Source: Utricularia gibba (lineage: Eukaryota > Plantae > Magnoliophyta). From it: 64,000 nucleotides of DNA. The notes under the pieces were generated by a model. That model was given only the letters and a program-made list of their open reading frames with translations. It had not been told where the DNA came from and made no database searches. Below are positions 63,856 to 64,000 of this stretch, in pieces. Each line of letters begins with the position of its first letter. Position 1 is the stretch's first letter. The position numbers and the translations under genes were made by a program. The DNA is taken from contig NEEC01000004.1 in the NCBI GenBank assembly GCA_002189035.1, positions 1,054,001 to 1,118,000 of the forward strand. The letters run 5' to 3'.

Positions 63856-64000
63856 TCAAGAAGACTCAAATACGACGAGGTGAGGTGGCACCGCCGCGGC
63901 GCCATCATCGGAGATCTCCTGCATCGCCGGTTGTGTGTGGTGGTGCTCGCCTTCGTACGTCACGATCAGCATATTCGGATCGTCCATAGCCCGCTCCACG
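63856..64000 (-). CDS. C-terminal end of a group IId WRKY transcription factor (WRKY11/17-like); the rest lies beyond the window
   Basis: [28 protein letters not shown]...LVVFESS*. [19 protein letters not shown] is the end of the IId WRKY zinc finger. Confidence 0.88.
   Translation of the reverse strand, partial: VERAMDDPNMLIVTYEGEHHHTQPAMQEISDDGAAAVPPHLVVFESS

Noticed and set aside
1-64000. tRNA, rRNA, snRNA, known conserved miRNA and CRISPR arrays
   Set aside because: A by-eye search for T-loop GTTCGA contexts, U1-U6 motifs, common miRNA sequences and repeat-spacer arrays found none. tRNAscan-SE or Infernal would be needed to exclude them formally.

Overview
Gene-dense plant (eudicot) nuclear DNA with short introns (mostly 60-200 nt). 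It holds about 22 recognisable multi- or single-exon protein genes in 64 kb. In order: PPR EMB2279-like (truncated at the left edge), DWF1, MutS2B-like, PUB30/31-like U-box, BOI/BRG RING, LEUNIG, DRG GTPase, TilS/RSY3, DBP1-type PP2C, NIP aquaporin, RanBP2 zinc finger, KCS10/FDH, FAH, invertase inhibitor, patatin, TM9SF, two uncharacterised proteins, RlmH-like SPOUT, fibrillin FBN6, DUF1644, and the end of a WRKY IId. No tRNA, rRNA, snRNA, CRISPR or intact transposon was recognised; one probable degenerate LINE RT fragment is present. Seven genes carry nine apparent single-base deletions, all in short C/G runs. This looks like long-read consensus error rather than pseudogenisation. The best candidates for something undescribed are an unannotated 5-exon minus-strand unit converging on KCS10, a KCS10-FAH-patatin lipid neighbourhood, a spliced uORF in the LEUNIG leader, and a RING gene bracketed by two G-quadruplex motifs. 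I did not find a clearly novel multi-gene system. Gene names come from recalled similarity to Arabidopsis proteins, not from database searches. Exon boundaries were read by eye.
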